Virus record (IMG/VR): IMGVR_UViG_3300020221_001191
From: an uncultured virus (IMG/VR IMGVR_UViG_3300020221_001191)
Taxonomy: Duplodnaviria; Heunggongvirae; Uroviricota; Caudoviricetes
Strand: one strand, 5' to 3'
DNA: 64,000 nt
The position numbers and the translations under genes were made by a program. Position 1 is the first letter of the stretch, and every line of letters begins with the position of its first letter. Below the pieces are notes generated by a model, which was given only the letters and a program-made list of their open reading frames with translations, ran no database searches and was not told where the DNA came from. Positions 37,828-48,261 of the stretch are shown here, piece by piece.

Positions 37828-40014
37828 CTATGTATTAATTATTGTGTATGTAAAATCATTAGGGAAACATGATGATGTGTCACATACAGGACAATCGGGG
37901 TCGAACATGCTAAACTTATCTTTTAATATTTTAAAATTGTGTTTCACCTCAGGACTAGAAATAGGTTGAGTATAAAATCTAAATTGAGAAATTGCACCGT
38001 CTAAAGTTCCTGCAAAATTTTCTTCCAATAAAATGTGTGTTTTCAATTTATTTAAAGTTGTTGCACTCAATATGTTTTCAGGAAAACATTCGGGATCTTG
38101 AATATAATACCCTTCTGACGTATCGGTACAAGAAGATAAGGTAAGATTTTCATGAAGTCCTTGAGTTCCCCCACCCCAAGACATATTGAACGGAACGGCC
38201 ACTTGTCTTTCTTTGTCGGTGTCTAAAGCCCTCGGAATTACTTCTTCAAAATTTTCGATAGTATAAAATATTCTTCCATTGATATAGATTTTTAATCTAC
38301 CCAACCTAAATTTAGTTTCATCTAACCAAATTCGATTTAGTTGGACTATCTTTACTTGTTGTGGGATTTCATATCCATTTGTGTAAGGAGGTTGGATTAA
38401 GGATACTGTGTTATTTGCCAAACTTTGTAAAAACTCTACTCTTGTTATTTGATCTAATCCACCAAACCATCTGAGGTCACAAAAATCTATAAAAGTATAA
38501 CGTTCGAAAACAACATCCAATAAGAACCAATGCTCTAAGTTTAACCAAGCTGGATTTACTTCTAAACAATAAGGATAAATTGGTGGCGTACAAATATCTT
38601 GTATTGTATATCCAGTGACATAAGTTTGACCTGTTACACATGTTCCAGTAGTTTGACATTCTCCTGTAATTTTCAAAACTCGAATTCCAATACCAGGATT
38701 TTTTGGGTCGCCACACAAACGGATAGAAAAATTATTTGACAAAGCGTCAAATTTTGGATCTTTTTCACAAGTATCCTCTATTGATTTAAAGACATTGGAA
38801 GGTTCAGTTGGCGGACATCCACAAGTATCACAACCACAACTTGGACATGCCGTACAACAAGGTTTTGTTGGGCATGGTATCACATCAGAATATGTATCAC
38901 ATGATGGAGTTGGTGATGGAGTAGGTGTTGGTGTTGGTGTCGGGACAATTATTGTTTCACACTTATGTTCGAAACACATCCATCCACAGGTTTTACAGGG
39001 GTCCAAATCACAACCGCATCCACATGTCAGTTTTGTTTCATAATTCCCATTACATAAGTTACATCCGTAATTCACATGAGGATCGTATTCACCACCAATT
39101 GGTCTCGGCGGATATACGTAAATACATCTACTATTTTTGATATCATAATTACAACAAGCACAAGTTTCGAAACAATTAGTTAAACCACTTGTAACTCTCG
39201 TATAATTTGAGTCGCATTTTGGTGAACCATCGGCATAATGATAAAATTTATTTTCTGCTCTTGTTCCCAAATAGAATAACGTATTTTTGTTTTTTGGATA
39301 AATTTCATTCAAAGTTGTATATCCAACAGGTGGGTTGTATTCATTAAAAAATCTTGGTTTTAACAAAACTTCAACTGACCATCCTTTATTGAATCGTTCA
39401 GGTAATATTTCATAGTCATAACCAAATAATTTATAAAAACCTTGATAAAATCCACCATATAGTTCAATGTATCTCCCAACTTGGGGACTATACTTAGAAA
39501 CCATTTCGTAAGAAGTGTAGTAAGTAACACCTGAAAATTTATTGTTCTTTGGTACATTTGTTGTTGTTTGAATAAGTTTCATTCTTCGGTCATAAAACAT
39601 TCTATTAAATTTTACTTCATCACTAAAAAGTCCGTTTGTAAAATTTAATAATTCACCTTCAATTAAATTTACCAATCCGTTATCAACTCCCGTTAATCCA
39701 ATATCACAAGTTGTTCCAGCGGTGAAACATTCAATTCTTAAATCCTCGGGTTGATAAAAAGTTTCAGATATAACAACATTTTCAAAATTGTAGGACCCAT
39801 AGTTTAATGTTAAATTTAAGGAAGATAGAGGGCTATTCAAATCAATATTAATGGGTAATTTTTTACCGTCATTAACACCTATTATATATGGTGAAAAAAT
39901 AACTTCTTGATTGAAGTCGACCTCATCGGAAGCTAAAGACATATCTTGTCCATCATAAAGGACTTGTAATTTTAACTTTGGGTAAATATATTGATTTATA
40001 TTTTGATAAGACAT
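37828..40014 (-). CDS. Cys-rich, LamG/ConA-like putative virion protein with Pro-Thr tract
   Basis: LKIYING and LDGAISQFRFYTQPISSPEV LamG-like end; many CxxC/CGC motifs; TATTTAT upstream. Confidence 0.6.
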   Translation of the reverse strand: MSYQNINQYIYPKLKLQVLYDGQDMSLASDEVDFNQEVIFSPYIIGVNDGKKLPINIDLNSPLSSLNLTLNYGSYNFENVVISETFYQPEDLRIECFTAGTTCDIGLTGVDNGLVNLIEGELLNFTNGLFSDEVKFNRMFYDRRMKLIQTTTNVPKNNKFSGVTYYTSYEMVSKYSPQVGRYIELYGGFYQGFYKLFGYDYEILPERFNKGWSVEVLLKPRFFNEYNPPVGYTTLNEIYPKNKNTLFYLGTRAENKFYHYADGSPKCDSNYTRVTSGLTNCFETCACCNYDIKNSRCIYVYPPRPIGGEYDPHVNYGCNLCNGNYETKLTCGCGCDLDPCKTCGWMCFEHKCETIIVPTPTPTPTPSPTPSCDTYSDVIPCPTKPCCTACPSCGCDTCGCPPTEPSNVFKSIEDTCEKDPKFDALSNNFSIRLCGDPKNPGIGIRVLKITGECQTTGTCVTGQTYVTGYTIQDICTPPIYPYCLEVNPAWLNLEHWFLLDVVFERYTFIDFCDLRWFGGLDQITRVEFLQSLANNTVSLIQPPYTNGYEIPQQVKIVQLNRIWLDETKFRLGRLKIYINGRIFYTIENFEEVIPRALDTDKERQVAVPFNMSWGGGTQGLHENLTLSSCTDTSEGYYIQDPECFPENILSATTLNKLKTHILLEENFAGTLDGAISQFRFYTQPISSPEVKHNFKILKDKFSMFDPDCPVCDTSSCFPNDFTYTIINT

Positions 40015-40025
40015 GCGTTTTTCTT

Positions 40026-40052
40026 ATAAATACAACAATTGAAAGTATTTAT
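40026..40052. promoter_or_regulatory. Back-to-back TATTTAT late-promoter candidates between divergent genes
   Basis: ATAAATAC at 40026 and GTATTTAT at 40045. Confidence 0.6.
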
Positions 40053-40067
40053 TGTAAAAAATATAAC

Positions 40068-40958
40068 ATGATTAAGTTGAACAAAGAGTATTTTCGAAAA
40101 CCATATTATTTCTATTTGAAAGATAAAGGTGATAAAATCTTAGTATACTTTTCTGTGTCAGATACTTTGAGTGAATCTAGACAAAATGATCAGTTTATTG
40201 AAATAGATAAGTCAGTATTTGAGGAAATACAAAATATTATTACCAAAATATTGAAGTCAAACAAAAAATTAACCAAACAACAAGTTCATAAATTAATTGA
40301 TTCTCAATCAAAAAAACAAACTACACCCAAAGAATTGGATGAGTTGGTCAATCCCGATGGATCAATGATTAGTTCAAACATTCCGATTTTAAATCAAAGA
40401 AATTTGGCCAAAAAAACGATGGACCAAACTGTGAGAATGACAAAATCTAATCAATTTCCTTTCATCAGAGTTTATTATGGTGAGAGTGAAGAAAACAAAG
40501 GTAATATTTTAGATGAAGTTGATCAATCAGAATCATTTGGGTTTGAAGAAACTGAGTTTGCAAAAAACTACAATCAAGCAAATAAAATTATGATAAACAC
40601 ATTAAAAGTTAAAGACAACATCCAAAGAGACAAAAGATTAAAAAGATTAGGTTTCGATAAAAAATTGGATAAAGAACTTCAGCAAGACAAAAAACGAGGA
40701 AAGTGTAAAAATTGTTTTACAAAAAGAAGATTATCAGAATTAGAAAAAGAAAAAATGGAAATTTTAATTGACGAAATTCTTTTATCAAAAAAAACAAAAC
40801 ATTCCGATGTTGTTAAAAATAAAACAAGTGAAATCGACACATCAAAACCTATTTCGAAAATATTGATGAGAAACATCGAAGCGATTAAAAAAATTGCAGA
40901 AAAGGAAAATATAAGTGTTGACAGTTTAGTTAAACATTTAAAAAAAAGTGAACAGTAA
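40068..40958 (+). CDS. Hypothetical Lys/Glu-rich protein (likely start 40068)
   Basis: Long ORF, ATG downstream of TATTTAT. Confidence 0.7.
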   Translation: MIKLNKEYFRKPYYFYLKDKGDKILVYFSVSDTLSESRQNDQFIEIDKSVFEEIQNIITKILKSNKKLTKQQVHKLIDSQSKKQTTPKELDELVNPDGSMISSNIPILNQRNLAKKTMDQTVRMTKSNQFPFIRVYYGESEENKGNILDEVDQSESFGFEETEFAKNYNQANKIMINTLKVKDNIQRDKRLKRLGFDKKLDKELQQDKKRGKCKNCFTKRRLSELEKEKMEILIDEILLSKKTKHSDVVKNKTSEIDTSKPISKILMRNIEAIKKIAEKENISVDSLVKHLKKSEQ

Positions 40959-41418
40959 TTTATACAATAAAACAATTCAACTACCGGATAAGGTTGTAGA
41001 GTACTTACAAATTTGTTTTGATCATATACCAAATTCAGATCCTTCAATCGAAGGACACAAAAGGAATGAAGAATTAAGAAATAGTGGGTATGCAACTTAT
41101 CAACAGCTTGGTAGAATAAAAAATTGGTTCGATAATTACAATGGTGATAAGACTGACGCCCCATTTATTTTGAATGGCGCGGACTATATGAAAAATTGGG
41201 TAAATACCACTTTAGAAGATTTAAGAAATCATGAAGATGCTTCCGAATTTATTCAACAAGAATTTATGCCAAATTCGACAGATGACTTAACATTAAAAAA
41301 TTTGGGACCCCTTGGCGATATGATAAGTCCTTCAAAAGAACATTCAAGATTCGTTCAAGACATCTCAATAAAAGAAGACCTTGATAGGATAAACAATTTA
41401 ATAAAAAAAATAATTTAA
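40948..41418 (+). CDS. Hypothetical protein
   Basis: 156 aa; C-terminal IKEDLDRINNLI tail. Confidence 0.65.
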   Translation: MNSNLYNKTIQLPDKVVEYLQICFDHIPNSDPSIEGHKRNEELRNSGYATYQQLGRIKNWFDNYNGDKTDAPFILNGADYMKNWVNTTLEDLRNHEDASEFIQQEFMPNSTDDLTLKNLGPLGDMISPSKEHSRFVQDISIKEDLDRINNLIKKII

Positions 41419-41419
41419 A

Positions 41420-41704
41420 ATGCAAACAGAAAGATTAGATTTTAGCCAACCACCAAATGACTTAACGGCAATTGCCGATCTTCAAAGAAAAAGTTTGATT
41501 GTAAAAAATGATTACAAAACAGATAACCCTTATTCTGCGGTAAATCCTGACGCCCTTTCCGATGGAGATGAATCAGGTAAAGGTACAGGAATTTTCTTAG
41601 ATACGGTCAATGGAGGTTCTTCTATTGATATTATCGAAAGAAAAAATGAAATTAAAATAAACGAATATCAACCAGACAAACCCTACACTACTCCATCGGC
41701 TTAA
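41420..41704 (+). CDS. Hypothetical protein, probably structural
   Basis: 94 aa; PDALSDGDESGKGTG low-complexity motif. Confidence 0.65.
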   Translation: MQTERLDFSQPPNDLTAIADLQRKSLIVKNDYKTDNPYSAVNPDALSDGDESGKGTGIFLDTVNGGSSIDIIERKNEIKINEYQPDKPYTTPSA

Positions 41705-42084
41705 TGAAACTTTACAAAACATTAAATAATCTTATTTTAGAAATAGCATCAAAAAATCAAATTGTTGACGCTATTAAAAATAAACAAGTGTGCGTAATTT
41801 ATTATAACGGTGATGAACCAGGTGGAAAAGGTCTAAGAGTTATTGAACCTGTTGCATTTGGATTGAGTAAAAAAGGAAACCCCGTGTTAAGAGCTTGGGA
41901 TAGAGAAGGAGCTTCTCACAGAGGTTATTTGGGTAAAAAACCATTACCAAGTTGGAGGTTTTTCAGGGTTGATAAAATGGAATTTATTAGACCAACTCAA
42001 GAAACTTTCGATACTCCAAGACCTAATTACAATTCATCAGGAGATAAAAGTATGTCGAGACTAATTATAAACGCGGTATTTTAA
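41704..42084 (+). CDS. Stand-alone WYL-domain protein
   Basis: IYY.G...RVIEPVAFG...LRAW...WRFFRVDKM. Confidence 0.75.
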   Translation: MKLYKTLNNLILEIASKNQIVDAIKNKQVCVIYYNGDEPGGKGLRVIEPVAFGLSKKGNPVLRAWDREGASHRGYLGKKPLPSWRFFRVDKMEFIRPTQETFDTPRPNYNSSGDKSMSRLIINAVF

Positions 42085-42093
42085 TCGAAAAAT

Positions 42094-42714
42094 ATGAACT
42101 CAGAAGCAGAATTACTACAGAAATTAATGATCTCAAAAAAGATCATGGAAAAACATCAAAATATCGAAAGAAATCAGGCGAGAAATATATCATCAGGATC
42201 AGGTTTGTCGGCACCAATTGTTGAAGACTACAACGCTCCTTTGGCAAAATATAATATTCCATCCGACATATTGGAAGAGGCAAAACCTGTTGTACAACAG
42301 ACACCCTCTAACATTTCGGTAGAACAACGAATTGCTAGCTCTAAACTCCCTGACGAAATCAAACGGTTGATGATGGAACACCCAATACAACAACCAACAA
42401 TGGGAACTGCGACAGGAGCGGTATTGAGTGATGATTTAGTTGAAAGAGCTAGTAGATTGATGAATACTAACACAAAAAATAATGTCTCTGAATCAGAAAC
42501 TAAAAGACATGTTCAAACACAACAACATCCAATACAATCTACTTTGAGCGGAAAACAGATAAAAGATATTGTTAGAGGAACTGTTGAGGATGTTTTGAAG
42601 GAAAATGGACTGTTAATTGAATCTGAAATAAGATCAAACGAAATATTTAAGTTTAGAGTTGGCGAACATTTATTCGAAGGTAAAGTTACCAAAATTAAAA
42701 AAATTGCAAAATAA
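42094..42714 (+). CDS. Hypothetical protein
   Basis: 206 aa; SKLPDEIKRLMMEHPI segment. Confidence 0.7.
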   Translation: MNSEAELLQKLMISKKIMEKHQNIERNQARNISSGSGLSAPIVEDYNAPLAKYNIPSDILEEAKPVVQQTPSNISVEQRIASSKLPDEIKRLMMEHPIQQPTMGTATGAVLSDDLVERASRLMNTNTKNNVSESETKRHVQTQQHPIQSTLSGKQIKDIVRGTVEDVLKENGLLIESEIRSNEIFKFRVGEHLFEGKVTKIKKIAK

Positions 42715-42737
42715 AAAAACTTTTCAGGCGTCCACTC

Positions 42738-42765
42738 AATCCACCCATTAAAGGTGGATTTTTTT
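42738..42765 (+). terminator. Intrinsic terminator
   Basis: AATCCACC-CATTAAA-GGTGGATT followed by T-run. Confidence 0.8.
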
Positions 42766-42889
42766 ATTGAAAATTACGATGAAAAAAAATTTAGAATTGA
42801 TAAAACAAAAAAATATGGTTATAATTCATAAGTAAGACGGGAAATGACTATTAAAAAATATTTTTCCTTTATTAGAATTGAAACCAAAC

Positions 42890-44104
42890 ATGAAAGAAAA
42901 AATCAAAATTTTAGTACTACCTTCAGACGCATCAGGAGTAGGAAAATATCGGTCAGTCGACCCACACATTATGTTACAAAATTTATATCCTGACGATTTC
43001 CACGTCGATATAGATTTCACACCGAAAGTTAGTGATTTTAATTATTGGAAAAATTACCAAATTGTTCATTTTCATAGAAATTTTGGAACCTTAGAACAAT
43101 GTCCAACAATTATCAAAGCCCTTAAAAGTATGGGGATTATTGTTATTGCCGACCTCGATGATTATTGGTTACCAACAAAAGAACACCCTATTCACAATTT
43201 AATTTTGGCAGACAAAATGAATTCAAAAATTATCGAGAATCTTAAGGCTGCCGATTATGTAACAACCACAACTGAAATATTTGCAAATGAAATTAGAAAA
43301 ATTAACAAAAATGTTATTGTTTTTCCAAACGCAATTGACCCGAAAGAAGGACAGTTTAATAAACCAACATTACCTTCAGACAAAATAAGAGTTGGTTGGT
43401 TAGGCGGTTCTTCTCATTTACATGATCTTAAATTATTAGATGGAATGGTTGGCAAACTATCAAGTCAACAGGATAAATTACAATTTTATTTGTGTGGATT
43501 CGATATACGAGGTTCCGTAACCGAAATTAATAAAGACACTGGAGAAAAAAAACAAAGACCTATTAAACCTGAAGAAACTGTTTGGGCAAGGTATGAAGAG
43601 ATTTTTACAAATAATTATAAAATTGTTTCTCCTGAATATAAATTATTTTTGAATCAATATAAGGAAGAAGATTTTCCTAACCTTTACAATGAAAATTATG
43701 TTCGTGTTTGGACTAGACCAACTGACTCATACGCAAAAAATTATTCAAAATTTGACATCTCATTAGCACCAATTAAAAACCACATATTTAATAGAATGAA
43801 ATCCCAACTCAAAGTTATTGAAGCGGGATTTTACAAAAAAACCATAATTGCATCAAATCTTGGACCGTACACAATTGATTTGAAACACGCCCTAAAAAAT
43901 GGTCAATTTACGGATGGAAATGCACTTTTAGTCGATGAAGTAAGAAATCATAGTGATTGGGTCAAAAATATTAAAAAATTAGTTGATAATCCAAATATGA
44001 TTGTAGATCTTGGCGAAAAATTATATGAAACCGTTAAAGACAAATATGACTTAAACTTTGTGACTCATCGAAGATCCGAATTTTACAAATCCTTAATTAA
44101 ATAA
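42890..44104 (+). CDS. GT-B (GT4-like) glycosyltransferase
   Basis: GVGKYR, DLDDYW, VGWLGGSSH..DL, FNRMKSQLKVIEAG. Confidence 0.8.
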   Translation: MKEKIKILVLPSDASGVGKYRSVDPHIMLQNLYPDDFHVDIDFTPKVSDFNYWKNYQIVHFHRNFGTLEQCPTIIKALKSMGIIVIADLDDYWLPTKEHPIHNLILADKMNSKIIENLKAADYVTTTTEIFANEIRKINKNVIVFPNAIDPKEGQFNKPTLPSDKIRVGWLGGSSHLHDLKLLDGMVGKLSSQQDKLQFYLCGFDIRGSVTEINKDTGEKKQRPIKPEETVWARYEEIFTNNYKIVSPEYKLFLNQYKEEDFPNLYNENYVRVWTRPTDSYAKNYSKFDISLAPIKNHIFNRMKSQLKVIEAGFYKKTIIASNLGPYTIDLKHALKNGQFTDGNALLVDEVRNHSDWVKNIKKLVDNPNMIVDLGEKLYETVKDKYDLNFVTHRRSEFYKSLIK

Positions 44105-44106
44105 AA

Positions 44107-44832
44107 ATGATTAATATTCCAATAACAAAAATTTTATTTTTAGATATCGAAACCGTTGGTGGATGTGCTGATTACCAAACGTGTATCAATTTTAATCCCA
44201 AAGTTGCCGAACAATTTGATAAATACTTTGATTGGTTTTTGAAAAGATTTCCTGAAGATAAAGAATCGGGTAAAGAAAAAACAACTGAAGAACACATGGA
44301 TATTGTTTTCAAAAAACGAGCGGCACTTGTTCCTGAGTTTGCAAAGATTGTTTGTGTATCCATGGCATTTGTTTTAGATAATGGAGAAACAAAAAGACAA
44401 ACATTTTTAGGTGATGATGAACATAAACTACTTACTGAAGTAAGAGACCTTTTGAACCGTTGTCATAAATTAGATTTTTATTTATGTGGACATAATTTAA
44501 AAAACTTTGATATTCCAATGTTAGCAAAACGAATGATTGTAAATGGAATTATGCCATCTAAAATTCTACCGTCATACGATACTAAACCATGGGAGGTAAA
44601 AGCTATCGATACAAAAGAAATTTGGCAATACGGTGCATATACATCAATTGGATCTTTAGATTTAATGTGTGCTTGTTTAGACATCCCAACACCAAAAGAT
44701 GGTGAGGTCAATGGTGGTATGGTACATGAGGCGTATTGGAGTCATAATAGATTAAAAGAAATCGCCGAATACTGTGAAAAAGATGTTAAAGTTTTGGTTG
44801 ATACAATAATAAAATTAAAATCATTGAGATAA
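44107..44832 (+). CDS. PolB-type stand-alone 3'-5' exonuclease
   Basis: LDIET, GHNLKNFDIP, YCEKDV DEDD motifs. Confidence 0.85.
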   Translation: MINIPITKILFLDIETVGGCADYQTCINFNPKVAEQFDKYFDWFLKRFPEDKESGKEKTTEEHMDIVFKKRAALVPEFAKIVCVSMAFVLDNGETKRQTFLGDDEHKLLTEVRDLLNRCHKLDFYLCGHNLKNFDIPMLAKRMIVNGIMPSKILPSYDTKPWEVKAIDTKEIWQYGAYTSIGSLDLMCACLDIPTPKDGEVNGGMVHEAYWSHNRLKEIAEYCEKDVKVLVDTIIKLKSLR

Positions 44833-45446
44833 TGAGTAAAGAACTAAATAATAACGAAGAACAAGAAATAAACGCTCTTATAAAAATGTTAGAAGATCTA
44901 AATTCGAATGATAACGGAACTAGTGAGATTAATTATAATTCCTTATTTGACACAATTGGTTTAGACTTTCAAGAATTAGAAGATGAAATTAAATCATATG
45001 TCCCGAAACTTGACGTAAGTTATAAAAAATCAAATGAAAATACGATTGATCCAAAATATGTTTATGAGTCAGATTCTGGTTTTGATTTATATAGTGTTGA
45101 AGATAAGTGGATTCATCCTTTTGATAGGATCCTTATTCCTACGGGTCTTCATATTGATATACCTGATGGATACGAGATTCAAGTAAGATCTAAAAGTGGT
45201 TTAGCACTTAAACAGGGTTTAATGGTTTTGAATTCACCAGGAACTGTAGATCAAGGATATTTAGGAGAAATACAAGTTATACTTTTCAATACCACAAATC
45301 AAAAAGTTAAAATCGAAAAAGGTCAAAAAATTGCTCAAGCGGTTTTATGTCCTGTGGTGTCGGGCAAATGGGTAAACCTAATTTCAAAAAATAAATTAGA
45401 AAATAAAGACCGAAATAATAATGGTTTTGGGTCAACTGGTTTATGA
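44832..45446 (+). CDS. dut: dUTPase with acidic N-terminal extension
   Basis: SGFDL, RSKSGLA, GTVDQGYLGEI, IAQ, R..NGFGSTG. Confidence 0.92.
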   Translation: MSKELNNNEEQEINALIKMLEDLNSNDNGTSEINYNSLFDTIGLDFQELEDEIKSYVPKLDVSYKKSNENTIDPKYVYESDSGFDLYSVEDKWIHPFDRILIPTGLHIDIPDGYEIQVRSKSGLALKQGLMVLNSPGTVDQGYLGEIQVILFNTTNQKVKIEKGQKIAQAVLCPVVSGKWVNLISKNKLENKDRNNNGFGSTGL

Positions 45447-46822
45447 TTACAATAGGATTTAGTACAAAAACACCGAAACCAAATTTTATACAACAAATCA
45501 AAGAAACTTGTGGTATTGATGACGCCGAGATCATAGAAAAAATAAATAATGGTGAAAAATCATTATCGGTTGTTTATAATGAAATATTAAATGAAAGTTC
45601 CAATAACATTGTTATATTATGCCATGACGACATTATTTTTGAAAAAAAATATTGGGCAAAACGTGTGATTGAGCATTTCCAAAAAAGACCAGAGTATGGT
45701 ATTTTGGGTGTTGCAGGTACAAGGTATTACCCTGAATCAGGTATGTGGTGGGAAGTATCATCTGAAATGATAGGTCAAGTTTATCACCAACACAACGGTA
45801 AAAAATGGTTATCAAAGTATAGCGAACCATTTGGTAATAAAGTTTTACAATCGGTTATTGTTGACGGTGTTTTCATGATGATACAAAAAGATAAAATATC
45901 CAAACAGTTCAATGAAAATGTTCAGGGATTCCATTTTTACGATACTACGTTTACATTCGAAAATCATTTAGAGGGTGTTAAGGTTGGTGTAATATCTAAT
46001 ATTCCAATAACACACTTATCAATTGGTCAAACTAACCGACAGTGGGAAGAAAACAGAATTAAATTTATAGACACATTTAAATATAAATTACCTCAAATAA
46101 TTGGTACTGATTTACCTACGTTTACACATGACTCAAAACAACCTTTAGTTTCTGTAATTATGCCGATCCATAATTACGGTAACATGTTTCAAAAATCATT
46201 AGAGTCAGTATTCAATTCGACTTATAAAAATATTGAGTTAGTAATTGTGAATGATGGGTCTAACAACCAATATATTCTTAATAAACTTGAGAGTTTATCA
46301 AATCACCCAAACATTAAAATTATACATCAAAAAAATGCCGGTCCTTCTTCAGCAAGGAATACTGGTATTAAAAATTCTACTGGTGAGTATATTTTACCTT
46401 TAGATTCTGATGACATGATATCACCAGAATATATCCAAACTTGTGTTAATTTAATTGAAAAAAATAATAAATTGAGTCCGGTGTATTGTGATACAAACCA
46501 TGTTGGTCAAATGAACGGGGTTGAGAAGAGACCTGAATGGTCTAAAGAACGTTTAATACAAGGGCCATTCATTGTTAATTGTTCTATGTTTACTAAAGAA
46601 GCCTTCAGCAAATGTGGTGGTTATGACGAAAATATGAAAGGTTGGGAAGATTATGACTTATGGGTACGAATGATGAAATCAGGATATGTAGGTAAAAGAA
46701 TACCAAAACCATTATTCACTTATTTTCATCACGAAAAGGATGGAACTGTATCTACCGAAGCTAATAAAAATAGTCAAGAACTTTATGACTATATTATGAA
46801 AAAAAATAATTTACAAAATTAA
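45443..46822 (+). CDS. Two-domain GT2 glycosyltransferase
   Basis: LCHDD/GFHFYD domain plus VSVIMP..NDGS..LDSDD..WEDYD domain. Confidence 0.85.
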   Translation: MITIGFSTKTPKPNFIQQIKETCGIDDAEIIEKINNGEKSLSVVYNEILNESSNNIVILCHDDIIFEKKYWAKRVIEHFQKRPEYGILGVAGTRYYPESGMWWEVSSEMIGQVYHQHNGKKWLSKYSEPFGNKVLQSVIVDGVFMMIQKDKISKQFNENVQGFHFYDTTFTFENHLEGVKVGVISNIPITHLSIGQTNRQWEENRIKFIDTFKYKLPQIIGTDLPTFTHDSKQPLVSVIMPIHNYGNMFQKSLESVFNSTYKNIELVIVNDGSNNQYILNKLESLSNHPNIKIIHQKNAGPSSARNTGIKNSTGEYILPLDSDDMISPEYIQTCVNLIEKNNKLSPVYCDTNHVGQMNGVEKRPEWSKERLIQGPFIVNCSMFTKEAFSKCGGYDENMKGWEDYDLWVRMMKSGYVGKRIPKPLFTYFHHEKDGTVSTEANKNSQELYDYIMKKNNLQN

Positions 46823-46828
46823 AATAAT

Positions 46829-47452
46829 ATGACACTTAACGATTTAACAGACTCAATTTACGTTATAAATCTGAAAGAAAGAACTGACAGAAAAGAACAC
46901 ATTTTAAATCAATTAGAAAAAATAGGATGCAAAGATTATATTTTATTTGAGGGTGTTAACGGTAAAAAAATTGAGAATCCCACAAAAATGCCTTCAGGTA
47001 TGTTTGGTTTAATTAAGACTTATATAAACATGTATAATGATTGGAAAAAAACACCTAAAGATAGTATTCTAATTATTGAGGATGATTGTATCTTCGTTGA
47101 CGATTTTAATGAAAAATTAAAGGAGTATATGGATCATGTTCCTGAAAACTGGGACATGTTGTATTTTGGGGCAAATCACAATTATCATGTCGGTGAAAAA
47201 ACAGAAGTTGTTAATGAAAAATGTATCAAACTTAATAAGAGTTTTTCGGCACATTGTGTTATACTAAAATCTTATGTGTTTGAGGAATTGATGTTTGCAC
47301 TACAAACATATTCAATTGAGAATGATGTAATGATGGCAAACCTCCAAAGAAAATATAAGGCGTATTCAAGTGTTCCAGGTTTAACTTCACAAATTGTTAG
47401 TTTTTCTGATATACAAAATCAAGTAATGGATTATAATTGGTTGATAAAATGA
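46829..47452 (+). CDS. GT25-like glycosyltransferase
   Basis: YVINLKERTDR, IIEDD, WDMLYFG. Confidence 0.8.
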   Translation: MTLNDLTDSIYVINLKERTDRKEHILNQLEKIGCKDYILFEGVNGKKIENPTKMPSGMFGLIKTYINMYNDWKKTPKDSILIIEDDCIFVDDFNEKLKEYMDHVPENWDMLYFGANHNYHVGEKTEVVNEKCIKLNKSFSAHCVILKSYVFEELMFALQTYSIENDVMMANLQRKYKAYSSVPGLTSQIVSFSDIQNQVMDYNWLIK

Positions 47453-48261
47453 TTGTAACTTCGTATTTGATGGGTGGGTTAGGAAATCAAATGTTCCAAA
47501 TCGCCAAAGCAAAAACGGAAGGATTTAAAAATAACATTGATGTAGTTTTTAGACCTATTTCATTTATTCCTATGGAGGGAAATCAACCAACAAAATATAT
47601 GAATAACATTTTTAGGAATTTAAAATTTGATAACATTACAGAACCACTAATAAGAATATCAGAACCATCTTGGTCGTATAATAAAATTGAACCGTTGTAT
47701 CATACGTCCACTGAGTTTTTTGGTTACTTTCAAAGTAGTAAAAATTTTGGGGATTTTAAAAATCAAATTAAAAGTTTATTCCAACCAACTGAAGAGTTTA
47801 TAAATAAAATAAAAAAATTATATCCTTTTGTTTTCAAAAATAACTCAATATCCATTCATGTTCGTAGGGGTGATTACTTAGGTGTTAGTGATATTTTACC
47901 TGTGGTTGATAAATCATATTTAAATGAGTGTCTTAGTCTAATTGATAAAAAAGGTTATATTTTTATATTCTCTAATGACAAAGATTGGGTCGAGAAGAAT
48001 CTAAATTACCCCAATTCAACCATTGTTAATAAATTAGATGATTATGAAGAATTATGGATGATGAGTTTATGTAATCATAATATTATGTCTAATTCTTCAT
48101 TTTCTTGGTGGGGATCTTATCTTAATTTAAATCACAATAAAAAAGTATTTGTACCATCAATTTGGTTTGGGCCTAGAGGGGAAAAACACTACCAAGATAT
48201 ATACGAAAATAAATGGATAAAAATAAATGTTAAATATGAAAACGGAAAACTCATTGTCTAA
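47449..48261 (+). CDS. GT11 alpha-1,2-fucosyltransferase
   Basis: GGLGNQMFQ, GYFQS, HVRRGDY, NSSFSWWG. Confidence 0.9.
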   Translation: MIVTSYLMGGLGNQMFQIAKAKTEGFKNNIDVVFRPISFIPMEGNQPTKYMNNIFRNLKFDNITEPLIRISEPSWSYNKIEPLYHTSTEFFGYFQSSKNFGDFKNQIKSLFQPTEEFINKIKKLYPFVFKNNSISIHVRRGDYLGVSDILPVVDKSYLNECLSLIDKKGYIFIFSNDKDWVEKNLNYPNSTIVNKLDDYEELWMMSLCNHNIMSNSSFSWWGSYLNLNHNKKVFVPSIWFGPRGEKHYQDIYENKWIKINVKYENGKLIV

